A stretch of 63,967 nt of DNA, filler included. It is 4 parts of 4 records of this genome, joined end to end, with 100 filler letters (N's around TTAATTAATTAA, not from the genome) between each part and the next. Parts side by side here need not be neighbours in the genome. Positions count along the whole stretch, not along the records: positions 20,759 to 34,577 come from SRR20825019_807; positions 34,678 to 53,721 come from SRR20825019_811; 2 more parts are not named here. One strand, given 5' to 3'. Positions 22,968-34,943 of the stretch are shown in pieces (position 1 is the first letter of the stretch; the number at the start of each line of letters is the position of its first letter). The translations under genes and the position numbers were made by a program. The notes beneath the pieces are model-generated. The model had not been told where the DNA came from and made no database searches. It saw only the letters and a list, made by a program, of their open reading frames with translations.

Positions 22968-24630
22968 TCATTCGGATCTCCACGTCACCTTCCTACGGAC
23001 TCGGTCATATAGTGCCTTGTCCCCGATTTGAAGTGGTTTAGACTTTCCGGAGATCATGTCTGCAATGAGAGAAGCGGCACCGCAGCTGAGGATAAAACCA
23101 ATGTTTCCCAAAGCACCACTAACAAACATATTCTTGTACTTGCTTGACTGACCAATTTGGGGCATCCCGTCAGGTCGCATGGGTCTAAACCCTACACAGT
23201 AACATCAGATTCAACTGACCGGGAGCGAGACGTCATATCACCTACCCCTCCATGCAACACCACCCCTCCAGTTGGCAAGGTGAGGAAAGTACTCCTCTGC
23301 AGTGCTCTTGAGTGCCTGTGAATAAGGATATTCGATCAGGGAGATCCTTGAAAGACACTTATAGATTTCTCACGTTCACACGACTAGTCTTTGGAGGTGA
23401 GGTAGCCCAGCCAGAGCACTCTGCATATCCGGCTACTCGGACCCCATCGCCGATTGGACTAAACAGGGTCCTACGCCCATCATTCTCAAGGATGTACACA
23501 ACATTATCCAGCCGTTCTGATGACGCTTCAAAGTATGGTGCAGTCACCGAGTATCCTGCTACTGGATACAGACCAAGGTCTTCGCCACACTCATTCATTA
23601 CTCCACGGTCATCGGTGCCTAGGCAGGACAAAAACAGATCGGCCTCCAGGATCTCTTCACCTTGGCCTGTGGCAGAGTCTACCGTGCGAGCTGCGTTTAC
23701 CTTATCACCACTAGAAATCAAATGGCTTATCTCCTTTTCGTAGAGGAACTCAACACCTCTACTTTCACATTGCTGAAAAGTGTTACGTCAATTGCAGCTA
23801 CATCACCGATGCCATGGACCTTAACTTGCCTGGGCTAACTCGAGAACGAATCGCCTGCAGTTGGAACCAAACTCATCGGAGCAGATTGTTCCTCCCACAA
23901 AGCCTGTCTTTGCTAAAGCGGGGATTCTATAAGAAATATCATTACCATCTATGAGGTCGATCCGGTAGCCATATTCCTCAGAAAGCACACTGGCGTATTG
24001 AGAAGCAGCTTTGAAGTCGGCTTCGTCTGAGAATAAGTCAATAACACCCGTTGAGTGTTTCAGGTCACATGTCAGGCTTTCGATTAAACTCTCAGCCTAT
24101 CCGTATGATTTCTCATCATTTAGTCGAGATATAAGTAGAGAAGACAACACACCTACCAGACCACAACTGAAAGCAGATAAATGGAACAGGTCAGCAGTAT
24201 TCTTGCCAACTGTGTCCGGTGAAAGTGACAGTAATGATGCCTCAGCCATAAACCTCCAAAAGCGAGGATTACTCCAGTCTGTAAAGGCAAAGTTGCGGCT
24301 TGCGCTCGACTGGAAACGGACATTGTTCAGCATGAACCTGCGCTAGTTGGATTATTGCTTTCAAAGTAACTTGTCCCGCGTACCTCAAGGTTGACGAGTT
24401 GATCAAAGGGCCCGAGTGCAGTGGGGAGAGGATACCACTGTTTGCATAAGAATTCCCCAAAGCTGCCTCGCTGTTCCTGTCCTATGTTTGAGTTTAGCTT
24501 AGCTGACGAGAAATACCAAACACTATTTCTTGCTTACAATCACTACCACTGATGCGTGGGGCAGCGCACGCAACACGAAATGTGCAGCGGTGACCCCAGC
24601 TACGCCACTTCCTAAAATTGCAACTCGCAT
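22968..24630 (-). CDS. FAD-dependent D-amino-acid dehydrogenase (DadA/DAO family), multi-exon
   Basis: MRVAILGSGVAG (Rossmann motif), intron 24482-24537, SYANSGILSP, LYPVAGYSVT, VRVAGYAE, FRPMRPDGMPQIG, GALGNIGFILSCGAASLIADMISG. Confidence 0.85.
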
Positions 24631-25852
24631 TACTCTTGAGATCAGATATCCTACACAGAAGTCATGCACTGACAACTATACCGGGAGCTATTCGGGGTGA
24701 TTCCACTTGGCCGGCTGCAGCCTTTCGAGAAGGTAGCGGAGGCTCGGACGGTGATGGTTAGCTTTGATGGCCGGACGGGGTTGACTCCTGACTGCGAAAC
24801 ATTGCAGCGGCTCATCACGGGGCGACGGGTTCCAACCTTGTTTGACTCTCATTGATCAGCACGTCACGGCCCCGAGTCAAGTTGGTTTCGATGTCGATTA
24901 TCGGATATAGAATATCCACAATAGCCCTCGACAAGAGCCGCACCTGATCGAGCGTCTGCTGTCGAGGGCGAATGGAGCCTGCGCTGCCGCCGGGTCGGGG
25001 CCGCCGCGGCAGCGCCACGGTCGCACACGTGTCGGCGGCACACTGATAATTCAGTGACGGGAGGCCGCGGAATTGATGAGGTCCCACGGCGCTCGAGTTG
25101 GGTCGACGCCTGACCGCTTGCCTTGCTGTGCGCTGAGGAGCCGGCGCACCAGGATCAGTGCCAGTGCCGGCAGCCGGGCCGCCATGGCGGCTCGCTCGGT
25201 CAGACCGCGGGGGGCTGCCGGGCGTCCTGGCGCCAGCCGCGTCCGCCGGCACTGCCGGGTCGCACACATCGCGATGACGCTCATCCCGGACTGGTCTCAT
25301 CAGCAGTGTCATCGGGTGAGGGCCAGTCAGCCCGCGGCAGCTGGGCCGCGCCATGCCAGTCGCGGCGCCGGCCGGGGGCGGCGCCCGGCGGTGCCGGGGG
25401 GTCCGCAACACCGGTCCGTGGGGCGAGCAGCGGGCAGCGGCCGGGGCGCGGCCCGTGCCGGCGGGTGCCGAATCGACTTAAGGTACTACAATCCGAACCC
25501 GGAGTCTAGTGGCCAGGGCGCTAGGAGCTGAGGTGGGGCTGGCCCGCGGCCGCCGGTGACTGGCGCACAGTCACCGGCCGCCGCACTAGGCTGACTCATT
25601 ACTGGGTGCCAGTGGGCGTTCCGGGCCTGTGGCCTAAAGCCGAGCGATCCACGCACTTCGGCCGTCCTGTTCGGTCCTGTTTCTGCGAGCTCCAAGCAGC
25701 GAACGATGACGCAACTCTAATCGAACAAGACCGGTGGTGCTGTCGTGACTTGTTCGCCTTTGTTAGCAACGAACTCTCTTTTCGTTTGGAACTCTTCCTT
25801 TTTGATATTTATCTATCCTTGAACGGACTTACCATGTGTTGCAGAGGTTGTC

Positions 25853-27400
25853 ATGATCTCGTGTCTCTGTGGGAGCGATGAAACATCCAACAGTGGGTCT
25901 GAATCCGGCTCTAGGTCAAAAACTGCAACAGATGAACTTTTGAAAGAACTCCAAGAGGTCCCGGTTGGTATAAGTGAGTCTGAGTTCATTAAGAACTTGC
26001 TCCCGACACTTTCTACTGGGGACTTGGTTTTGTTTTCTTCACCAAACTTCGGAGAAACACACAAACTTTTCAAGTCTCGATGGAATCACCTTGGTGTTGT
26101 CTACAAGCGTGACGAGGAAAGCTTGAATCAACGTGATCGCATGGACGAGCGCAACCCTGCCAAGATTTTGTTGCTCGAAGCAACACAGGGCCCGAAGGCT
26201 GGGTTCGTTAGCGAGGGGGAGCGAATGTCGGGTGTTGATCTAATTGACTTGAAAGCTCGTGTTCAAAAGTTTCTTCAAGCTCCAACTCTTACAGGCGCCC
26301 CTCGAGTTGTAGGCATTCGTAAATTGGAAGGGGCCAAGCTCTCTCCTGATTCGCTGAAGGGTCTTGAGATGTGCTATATGCGATACAAAGATAGGGCCTA
26401 TGAAGATAAGACGGAGTCTGTTTTGAAGGCCGCTGTTGATACAGCAGGATTCGACGCTATAGAAGATGACTCTCAGCTCTTTGACTCAGAGCTTGTAGCT
26501 TACGCGTATCAACACATGGGTCTTTTCATGTCGGGCAAGGAAGACAACAAAGGTACCACTGATACCAATATGACCAAAGGGGATAGGCCAGCATCCGAGT
26601 ATTCCGTCAAGGATTTTTGTCAAAGCCACGAAAATCTGAAGTTGGTTAGGGGAGTGAAATTCGGGAGGGAGTTGTACATAGTCGGCGAAAAAGGGAACAA
26701 AGTAGATGAAAGTGAGGGGAAGAAAATCAAGACGAAGGATATCCATGAGGCTGATGTGAGAAGTGCTTTTGTCGGGATGGACAATAAGCCGCATCCATCT
26801 CTGTCCGAATGTTTTGAGTTTGCTAAGGCTACCACCATGGAAAGTCCTGTACTTATGTATGTGACTTCATGGATAGTGTTGTTGTTTACATGGATTTCCT
26901 TGGGTCTGCTTTCGATTCCTTTGATTGCAGGATGGTACAATATGTTGTTATTTAAGGACAAGGCAGAGACCTTGGAGGTTGGTGCCTTCAGGGTGTTTTT
27001 GGTAGGGGACGAAATTAAGAGGCTGGTGCTGCCCAGTTTTTTGTTGACCCTGGTAGTGGTTTTGGTGGGTTACGGTGGCTTCTTTCTTTTCGGCTTTCAG
27101 ATTGTGCTGGTGGTAATGTTGCTTCAGTACGTTCCTGCATATGTAGCTTTCCAGGACGAAAGTTTTGGACAAGCAGTTAAGAGTTCAATTGCTGCTTTGA
27201 AAGAAGGGAAGGTCTTCTTCAATTTTATGGTGACTTTCGTTGGATTAGTGCTGTTTGCATTTCCGCTAACTGCACCATTTGGGTTGGGCATGCTCTACAA
27301 ATCATTCCATGTTGTTGTGAAGGGGTTGAAGAGGGAGCAACTTCAAGCTTGGGACCCTCCCGAGTTGATTCATGAAGTCACGAATATGCAAACTGTATAA
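25853..27400 (+). CDS. Permuted papain-like NlpC/P60 (YiiX/YebB-type) domain fused to a multi-TM C-terminus; catalytic Cys replaced
   Basis: TGDLVLF...WNHLGVV, LLEAT, and LFDSELVAYAY where the family has FCSELVA. Several hydrophobic helices after about aa 330. Confidence 0.7.
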   Translation: MISCLCGSDETSNSGSESGSRSKTATDELLKELQEVPVGISESEFIKNLLPTLSTGDLVLFSSPNFGETHKLFKSRWNHLGVVYKRDEESLNQRDRMDERNPAKILLLEATQGPKAGFVSEGERMSGVDLIDLKARVQKFLQAPTLTGAPRVVGIRKLEGAKLSPDSLKGLEMCYMRYKDRAYEDKTESVLKAAVDTAGFDAIEDDSQLFDSELVAYAYQHMGLFMSGKEDNKGTTDTNMTKGDRPASEYSVKDFCQSHENLKLVRGVKFGRELYIVGEKGNKVDESEGKKIKTKDIHEADVRSAFVGMDNKPHPSLSECFEFAKATTMESPVLMYVTSWIVLLFTWISLGLLSIPLIAGWYNMLLFKDKAETLEVGAFRVFLVGDEIKRLVLPSFLLTLVVVLVGYGGFFLFGFQIVLVVMLLQYVPAYVAFQDESFGQAVKSSIAALKEGKVFFNFMVTFVGLVLFAFPLTAPFGLGMLYKSFHVVVKGLKREQLQAWDPPELIHEVTNMQTV

Positions 27401-27629
27401 GTTGCTATTAAAACGCATTTAATATAGTGCGACTATCCTCGGAATGTAATGGCACGGCCAACTTAATGACGGCGCAGGTCCTCGAGGAAATTGAATACAA
27501 ACTGCACAGATTAGCATCCACTACTAAACTGTGATGATTCAGAAAGCAAGCTCACATGGAGAGCTTAGCAAGGCGACCCCGGTCAGGCAGGGAATGGGAT
27601 AGCTCATCCGCCAAGCGCTTGCTTGATGC

Positions 27630-28556
27630 TTACAGAAAATTCATATCTTGCACATTGGTTGGAGAATTACGATCGTGTTCCTTCTCATCACCAAGGTGAG
27701 GCGTTGTCAGAGATCCAACGCTCAAGATCTCCATATCAGTTTCTTCGGTATCCATTCTATCAGCATCAGGCCCGAAGGTGGCCTCCAACGAAGAGGCCAT
27801 GTCAAATGCGCAACGACGAATATCCATAACGCCTTCTCCTAGTGAAGAGAATGGAGAACCAGACATCCTTTCCTCAACAACCGCTCTCGATTGAGAGCCG
27901 GCTAGGCGTTCAACAGCAGCGACTAAAGCAGCTCCAGCAATAGTTGTCCATTTGTATTGAAGATAGCTGCTTTCGCAAAGTGCCATATCAATGAAGAATT
28001 CGGTGGTACTTTGAAGTTCTTCCATATCAAGTCTAATGTTATTGAGCAAGACATTTTTGAAGTCAAGTCGAACAACGGTGTGGGGAACGAATGGGCAGAT
28101 GTCCCACCCGAGAGTGTGTAGAATAAGAAGCTCCGTATCTCGCAAGTCGCTTTCAGTAAAGGAATTCCCACAGAGTGTGGTCATGTCCCTCATAGTAGGA
28201 ATCGGACCATCAGAGATCTTGCATGATATAATTAGTGCAGCAGATGCAATGAGTTGTGACAACTTCTTGTGAACGTTGAGCTTGGATAGGAAACGGTCAA
28301 ACGTGTTGATAGCTCCAGCAACAACTTCGTTGCCAATGTTGTATTCGTCTACAAGCTCGAAGAGCCATTCAACAACTTGGTAGCGAACCTCCTCTGTTAT
28401 TCCAAGATTTTGAGAAGCGATGATGTAGTCCTTGGGCACGTGGTACTTGTCTTCATTGGCGAACACGTTGGTAACATATTCGTCGTCATACTCGTTGAAA
28501 TGATCTTGGAAATTGTACGTAGGGACCACAGCAGAGACGTCTGGAATAGTGTCCAT
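27630..28556 (-). CDS. Cyclin, intronless
   Basis: Cyclin box VRYQVVEWLFELVDEY...AINTFDRFLSK...QLIASAALIISCK...TELLILHTLGW. Confidence 0.92.
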   Translation of the reverse strand: MDTIPDVSAVVPTYNFQDHFNEYDDEYVTNVFANEDKYHVPKDYIIASQNLGITEEVRYQVVEWLFELVDEYNIGNEVVAGAINTFDRFLSKLNVHKKLSQLIASAALIISCKISDGPIPTMRDMTTLCGNSFTESDLRDTELLILHTLGWDICPFVPHTVVRLDFKNVLLNNIRLDMEELQSTTEFFIDMALCESSYLQYKWTTIAGAALVAAVERLAGSQSRAVVEERMSGSPFSSLGEGVMDIRRCAFDMASSLEATFGPDADRMDTEETDMEILSVGSLTTPHLGDEKEHDRNSPTNVQDMNFL

Positions 28557-30142
28557 GGTTTTGATGATTAATTTGAGCTTGAGCTAAATGTAGTAAATTT
28601 CCCTACTTCCAATTTTTATGTGTGGTGTCGGTGGGACGAGTCCGCTCTCTCGCGCAAGAAAGGGAGGCTGGTAATAGGCTCAACGGCTCAACATCGCCTC
28701 ATCCTGTCGACGAAGGTGCGTTTGGTGGATCCCTGTGGGATGCGCACACGAACACACCTCCTCAGAAACAGGATTGGCCACGAAGAAAGGAGGGATCCCA
28801 GCCGGGCGTCTCCGCAGATCACGGGACGGGACGGGATTGAGGTGAGGGTGAAGTGCCACCTCGAAGTGCCGTGGAAAGTACCGTTTGTGTTGGTCGTGGC
28901 AACGGACGAAAACCCTGCCCGTCCGGGCTATGATATCCTCGTGCGGTGTTCGGCGATCGCCGAGGACGGCCGACCGAGCCCCGGCGGGACGCGAGCCCGG
29001 ACGGCGGCCTCGATGGTCTCGAGTGGGTTCAAGTGCCCGAAGAAGTGCCGTTACCTCACCCAAGCCAGTCCAGGTCGGCAGACCGGGACGGCGAAACTTC
29101 GCACGCAGGAGCGAGCAGGGAGCACCAAAGCCCTGATCGTCTTGAGTATTTTTTTCCAATGCCTTCCATGCGCATTACAGTGATGGAAGGCTGACTTCCA
29201 TATGCAACTTTCCGCCGGATGTTGTGAAGGAAAACTGAGTTTTGCGCTAAAACTTGGGGGAAAACTGCCAGGAAGAATTGAACAGTCGGCCTCTGATCTC
29301 GATATAACACGTAATCTATATATAAATAAGTGGAACTTGACCCGAAAGTTTTCCTTTTCCATCGACCCCGAGACTATCGATCCGGCGGTCAAAACCACCC
29401 TCTATACTAGGGACGATTTGGCGCCAAGGAGGATGGGTTCAACTAAGGTGCCCCGCTCCCGGGCACGACACTCATCACCGTCCAGTCAGTTCGCTGCCGA
29501 GGCTCTCACTCCGCGGCGCCCGCCCGGTGACCGGCAGACGGCCCTCCCCCTGCCGGCCCGCCCCGGCTGATGCCGCCCCCCTGCTAGCGGCCGGCTCGTG
29601 AGCTAGGGGGGCGACCCCATTCCTGGATAGGCAGTGTCGTGATGCCCGCCGCCCCGCCCTGGATCCACATCGTCACTGTCACCCCACAGTGTGTATCGTC
29701 CTTCCATTCGTATGGCCTGCGGCATCTGACTCGGTCCTTCACAGTTCATCGACTCAGGACCAGAACTAGTTGCTGGCTCATTGCGGACTCGTCTTTGCAG
29801 GTGGCAACCGTAGCCACAGCCACCGCATACTTGCATAGTGAGCCGCTAGGAGCCCCGGCGTGGTGGTCGTACTCACAGGACCAACAAATGACGGTCAACC
29901 ACAGATCTGAGCGTACACAAACCCGTGGTTGGAGAGTGGAAACCTGTCAGTACGGTATCGGCCGGCCCTTCACTGATGCTGGGTTTCCCAGTTCAGCCTT
30001 TGAACTGCGTCCGGCGCTCAGACTAGGCAAGTCTTCCATTGAGTCGCTGACAAGTGGTCCTACAGACATAACAATAGAAGAAGTAGTACTGAGAAGTTTG
30101 TAGTCAGGTTGAGCAGCTACTTGTTCGGATACCCAATATATC

Positions 30143-31201
30143 ATGGTGAAAACCAAGAAGCCAAAGCAAAAGAAACCTAAGAAGGGAAAGAAGGGAGCTT
30201 CAGCCGCAGGGTTTACTGGCCAAGCCTTAGTCCTGCAGCCCGGGCAGAAGCTGACGGATGAGCAGATTTATCAGTACGCTTATGAAAGAAATGACACATA
30301 TACTGAGCTATACAATCTGTTGAGTTATCAGCAGGATGAGCTTCATGCAGAACAAGGTATTGGAAATTTCTAGTTCTGATCTGTAAAAGCATGAGGTGCT
30401 GACTTCCGTGTAGTTACCTCTCAAAATACCCACAGATTTGTGGTTGGAGTGAAGAATGTAGCTGCACGGGAGGCCACCTTTCATCCCAATCTTAGTAGAA
30501 CACTCACGAACGTGTGCGGTTTGTGGGACCAGGCAGAATCGATACGCCGTGAAGCTGTGAGTTTAAGAGGGTATGACGTTGGGATCGTCTGCTAATTACT
30601 TTCGCAGATCAATCGAATTCAAAGAAGTACACAGGCGCACTACACTGGCGCTATGGAGAACAAAAACCGGATTTCTGCTCTTAATGATCAGAGGTTGAAG
30701 AAATTCCGCGCCTTACAGGCACTGGTTCAGCAAGAAAAGGCAGCCACTACGGCAAACAGCCCAGATGCCGTTGCCGCGGGAGACAGAAGGAGGCTGGCGG
30801 AGGCAGACTATGAAGAGGACGACAAAGGGTTTAGGAATAAGTTTTGGAGTGACCAGATCTCGAAAAGGGAAAAAATCAAATATGCTTTGCAGCAGGAGGT
30901 ATACACGAGGATGTTCTATCACGCAAAGGCATTGGAATTGATGACTGAGGCATACAAGCTTCTGGACGACATCCCAACCAGTGTTGACAACCCGGATATC
31001 AAGGAGATGATGACAAATCTTAATCTCAGTCCTGACGGTAGCTCAAACCCGAAAGTGATGACATCAAAGATGGCGGCGCCACAAGAGGCGGCCCATGCAG
31101 CAGCAGCCCAGGCAACTGGGGCTATTGCGATGCCCCATCAGCAACAGCCGCAGGCGAGCCAGTACTCAACAGGAATCATGGGGGGACAGTGGGAACAATA
31201 A
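30143..31201 (+). CDS. FAM92/CIBAR-like BAR-domain protein, 3 exons
   Basis: Introns 30357-30413 and 30557-30607 keep the frame. RMFYHAKALELMTEAYKLL resembles the FAM92 motif EMLFHGKALEVYTAAYQ as recalled. Confidence 0.6.
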
Positions 31202-31248
31202 GTACTAGAATATAAACTGCAAAATTCGACTTGTCACAGATGTTTAGA

Positions 31249-32300
31249 TCATCGCTTGAGGAGGCTCTGCGACTGTTCAGCCTCATCCAGAAGCTGGGGG
31301 CTCACATACTTTTTCATGAGTTCCTAGCAAATCAAATGTGAGCACACCTGTAACACAGAAGAAAACGGACTACGTACTTCCTTTCGTTTTTCTACAACCA
31401 TCTTTTCCAACTCCTCCGTGCTTGGAAGAGGTACATGTGCCCGGAATGAATCCCCTTGCCCAGATACCAATGCTGTATCACTACCACCAGCCTGCCGACG
31501 TTTCTTCCCGGCCCTTTCTCTTTCTTTCTCTAGTTCTTCAAATCTCTTAATTCCTTCCTCCCGAGCTAAAAAGTGCTTTGAGTCACCACATAATGATTGA
31601 ATGTTAAACGGACCTGCTCTTTCCGCTTCTTCTTCTGCAGGCAACAAGCGTCCATCATCTTCATCCCGATAACCATAGTAGTCTGCATCGATCATCTTGA
31701 ACATATCGGCACGTAGCCGCTTTGGGGCCTGAGGGGCTGAGGCAAGAAATGAGAAAAGAAGAAACCACACGCACAAAAGGGCCAACCTTCTTTCTCAAAA
31801 AGATCTCTAACTCCTGGTAAATCCTTTGCAGCACCAAAATATCTAAAAGCACTCGTTAACTGCTGCACCACAAAAACTATACTTCATATCCTACTTATAT
31901 CCATGGCCGAGAACAGGGGTTCCATCGGCATCATATATTGGAGCTGTCGCTTTGTAGTTTGGCCCCCCTAACTCCAATATTCGTACTTCCCATGCATGCT
32001 TTATCCTCAATAACTTATTAATCTCATCGTTCATGTCCCTGATTTTGTGTTCGCCTATCGATGAACTTTGAATACCGGATATTTTTTTCTGAATATCCCT
32101 GACCAACTCCATGCGCCATTTTTCTGCTGCGGGCAAGAAATCGCACTCGCTTGCAAGTCCTGGTCTTCTCCCTGCCCCCTAAACAGAAGTTAGCAAAAAC
32201 TTGAACAATCCAGCACAGCAACAAATACCAGTGCTTCGTCGCGCTTTGAATCGCGAAAGCGATTAAGCATGGACTGCGCCTTTTCTTCGTTACGGGCCAT
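31249..32300 (-). CDS. ISY1: Pre-mRNA splicing factor ISY1, multi-exon
   Basis: MARNEEKAQSMLNRF, RRPGLASEC, IRDMNDEINKL, YKYFGAAKDLPGV, IDADYYGYRDEDDG, HVPLPS. Confidence 0.95.
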
Positions 32301-33722
32301 TTCGTCTACTTCCCGTTCAACTCTTAGTAAGGAATTTGGAATATGTGTACTTATTCTTTGACCGCGGCGGGCCCGTACCGTGGTACATGTCACAGCGGAC
32401 CTTGCGGTCTGGCGGTTAGCCCGGCCCAGTGTGGCCTACCAGTCGCACAGCGAAAATCGCCGTCGTCACGTCCCGGCTGACCACTCCGACAGATGAGCGA
32501 CCGAGCCCGCACGAATCCTCCCGTCCCGGGCCCGGGCCCGGCCCGCCCGGGGCCCGGCGCAGCGGGCCGGGGCGGCGCTGCCGGGCGGGTCGGGGCCCCG
32601 GCCGCAGCGGGCGCCCACCCGGCCGCGGCCCTGACCGCCGGACCGCACTGGGCAGGAGACGAGGCCCCCCCGATCCGAACCCACTTGGCGTGCCGGTGAC
32701 CGACGCGCCCTGGGGTTCCGATCGCCCGGCCCGGGACTGGCGTGGCCTCCGAGGCCGGGCACCAGCAGGCCGACGGACCCAACCGGTTGGGGCTGCGGGG
32801 GCGGCGCCGCGGGTGACGCCTCGGCGCGCCGGGCGTGGTCGGCGGGCGTGATCCCGGCGTCAGTCGTCACCGTCAGCGGCGGCCGCCGGCGTCGGCCCAT
32901 CCTCGCATCTGAGTGATCTTCCAATTTCAGAAACAATGGCGGAAATGCAATATCTGATCCAATATAAATGAGTCAACCGTAAAAACTACAGTGTGCAGTA
33001 GTGTGAGTTTCAAGCCCAAAACCATCTCTATTGCATCATCAGTGACAAAGACTGATGATGACTGTGATGAGTCGCACTGACCCGAGCCGGGCCGGGCAGG
33101 GGCCGGCGTCCGGTGCCTTGCCGGCCCGCCCCAACCGTGGGCCTCCCGGCCTGCCGGGCCGGGCGGCACTCACCAACGAGTCCACTCACAACACCGGCGT
33201 CCGTCCCGGGCGCCCACCACGCCGGCCGTGACGGACCCGCCGCTGGTCATACCAGCGCCGGCCCAACGGCGCGACGCGATACCGTGCAACTGCCTACTAG
33301 GGTGTGACTGATGCTGAGTCACAGGCCGGTAGTAGGCCCTGCCTACCGCCACCCCGGTCCGGTCCGGCCCGCCGTCCGGTCCGTTGAGGACCGTGCGGCG
33401 GACTCCGGTGCTGCCGCGTCCGGGTGAAAGTTGGCGGGCCGCACGCCGCCGTTTTGGTCTGGTTTGGTTTGAGCGGGAGTCGGACTGATGAGGGTGTTCG
33501 GGGGCGGCCGTCCTGCGCCACTGACGGCGGTGGCGCGGTGCCGACGTGACCCCGGGTTAGAGTGATGGTAGGCCGCCCGACCGGACGGCGGCGGCTGCGT
33601 CCTAGTGCGCCCACTAACCAATGGGAATGGTCATAGTATGAGGGCCGACACGTGGCGACCAACTATTTGTATACAAGGATTCGGAAAAATGCAATCGAGG
33701 ACTGGTTGGTTGTTTCTAAGGA

Positions 33723-34577
33723 ATGGGCACGCAGTTCCCTCCCGATAGAGTTGTAATCCCCGATGGAGAAGACGAAGATGATGACATTTATGGGGGAGCA
33801 ACAACAGTCCAGTACTCTGAAGTGAGGTCTGAGGTTGTGAAAGGTGGCGCCGACGATGATACTTCTCCCCGGAACTTCTTTACGCCACGTGATAAATTTA
33901 CACCAAGAATGGATGGATCTCCTCGCAGTTTTGAACAGTTTTGTACGCCCCGTGCGGAAGTTTCTTCCGACGAAGATGAAGAAGGCGGTGGTCGACTGAA
34001 GATGCTCCCTGATCATGCAGTAAGTGAGCTGTGTCCTTGTCGTCGTGGGTCTCGTCTAACTTATGTGGCAGTTGAGTCCGTTGGATCCCCAACCCATGCC
34101 TGAATACTACATGCATGTATACACTCGTGCCAGAAATGGACGGAATAAGGAGGTGGATGAAATGTTTATGGGAGGTTGCCCGGTTAACGGGTACGACACG
34201 TATGGTAATACTGTACTTCATGTATGCTGTCAAAACGACATGAAGAAAACAGCAAAGGTGTGCTTAAGAAATGGTGGAAATATCAATTGCCAAAACGTGA
34301 GTTTTCTTTAGTCTTTGGTGGAGTCACAGTGGACGCTGATTATTGTGTGTAGTTACGAGGACAAACTCCGTTGCACTTCTGCTTTACATTTGGCTTTAGT
34401 GAACTGGGAACATACCTCATATCGAAGGGCGCCGAGCCCTCTATTAAGAATGTGTATGGACTAACGTGCTATGAGGGCTTGAAGCCGAAAGATACGTTAA
34501 CAAGGATAGGTGGTGCTTATCGTCGTGGTGGTGATGATGACGACGACGATGATGACGATGACGATGACGATGACGAT
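33723..34577 (+). CDS. Ankyrin-repeat protein, 3 exons, 3'-truncated in a poly-Asp tract
   Basis: DTYGNTVLHVCCQN and GQTPLHFCFTFG...LISKGAEPSIKNVYG. Confidence 0.8.
34533..34577 (+). repeat. (GAY)n trinucleotide repeat encoding poly-Asp at the contig break
   Basis: 15 consecutive GAT/GAC codons. Confidence 0.9.
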
Positions 34578-34677
34578 NNNNNNNNNNNNNNNNNNNNNNN
34601 NNNNNNNNNNNNNNNNNNNNNTTAATTAATTAANNNNNNNNNNNNNNNNNNNNNNNNNNNNNNNNNNNNNNNNNNNN
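34578..34677. other. Artificial contig linker (eukaryote/bacterium boundary)
   Basis: 44 N + TTAATTAATTAA + 44 N. Confidence 0.98.
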
Positions 34678-34706
34678 AGGCGCTCTCCCAGCTGAGCTAT
34701 AGCCCC
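34678..34706 (-). tRNA. tRNA-Ala, 5' part only (anticodon not visible)
   Basis: Reverse complement reads GGGGCTATAGCTCAGCTGGGAGAGCGCCT, the acceptor 5' strand and D-arm of bacterial tRNA-Ala. Confidence 0.88.
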
Positions 34707-34943
34707 AATCTTCAGACCGCCGGAGCGGTGCGAAGCGACGTTTTCGCGTCGGGTGGCGGCTTGTTACTGTGGATTTTCTCCCGATGCAAGCCCCAAAAAA
34801 TTCAAAGCCCGGAAAAAAATCAGCCATGCCCGATCTGCCGTCGAACTTGCACGAAAACGGAGATCTTCCGTGCCGTCAAAATCAAAACACCGGCTCGCTT
34901 GGACCCGGCGTTGCGTCGTCGTCAATGATCGCGCGCTGCGAAA

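Noticed and set aside
34578-34706. Bacterial DNA next to eukaryotic DNA at a tRNA, suggesting HGT or an integration site
   Set aside because: The junction is an artificial N/TTAATTAATTAA linker, the tRNA is simply truncated, and no integrase is present.
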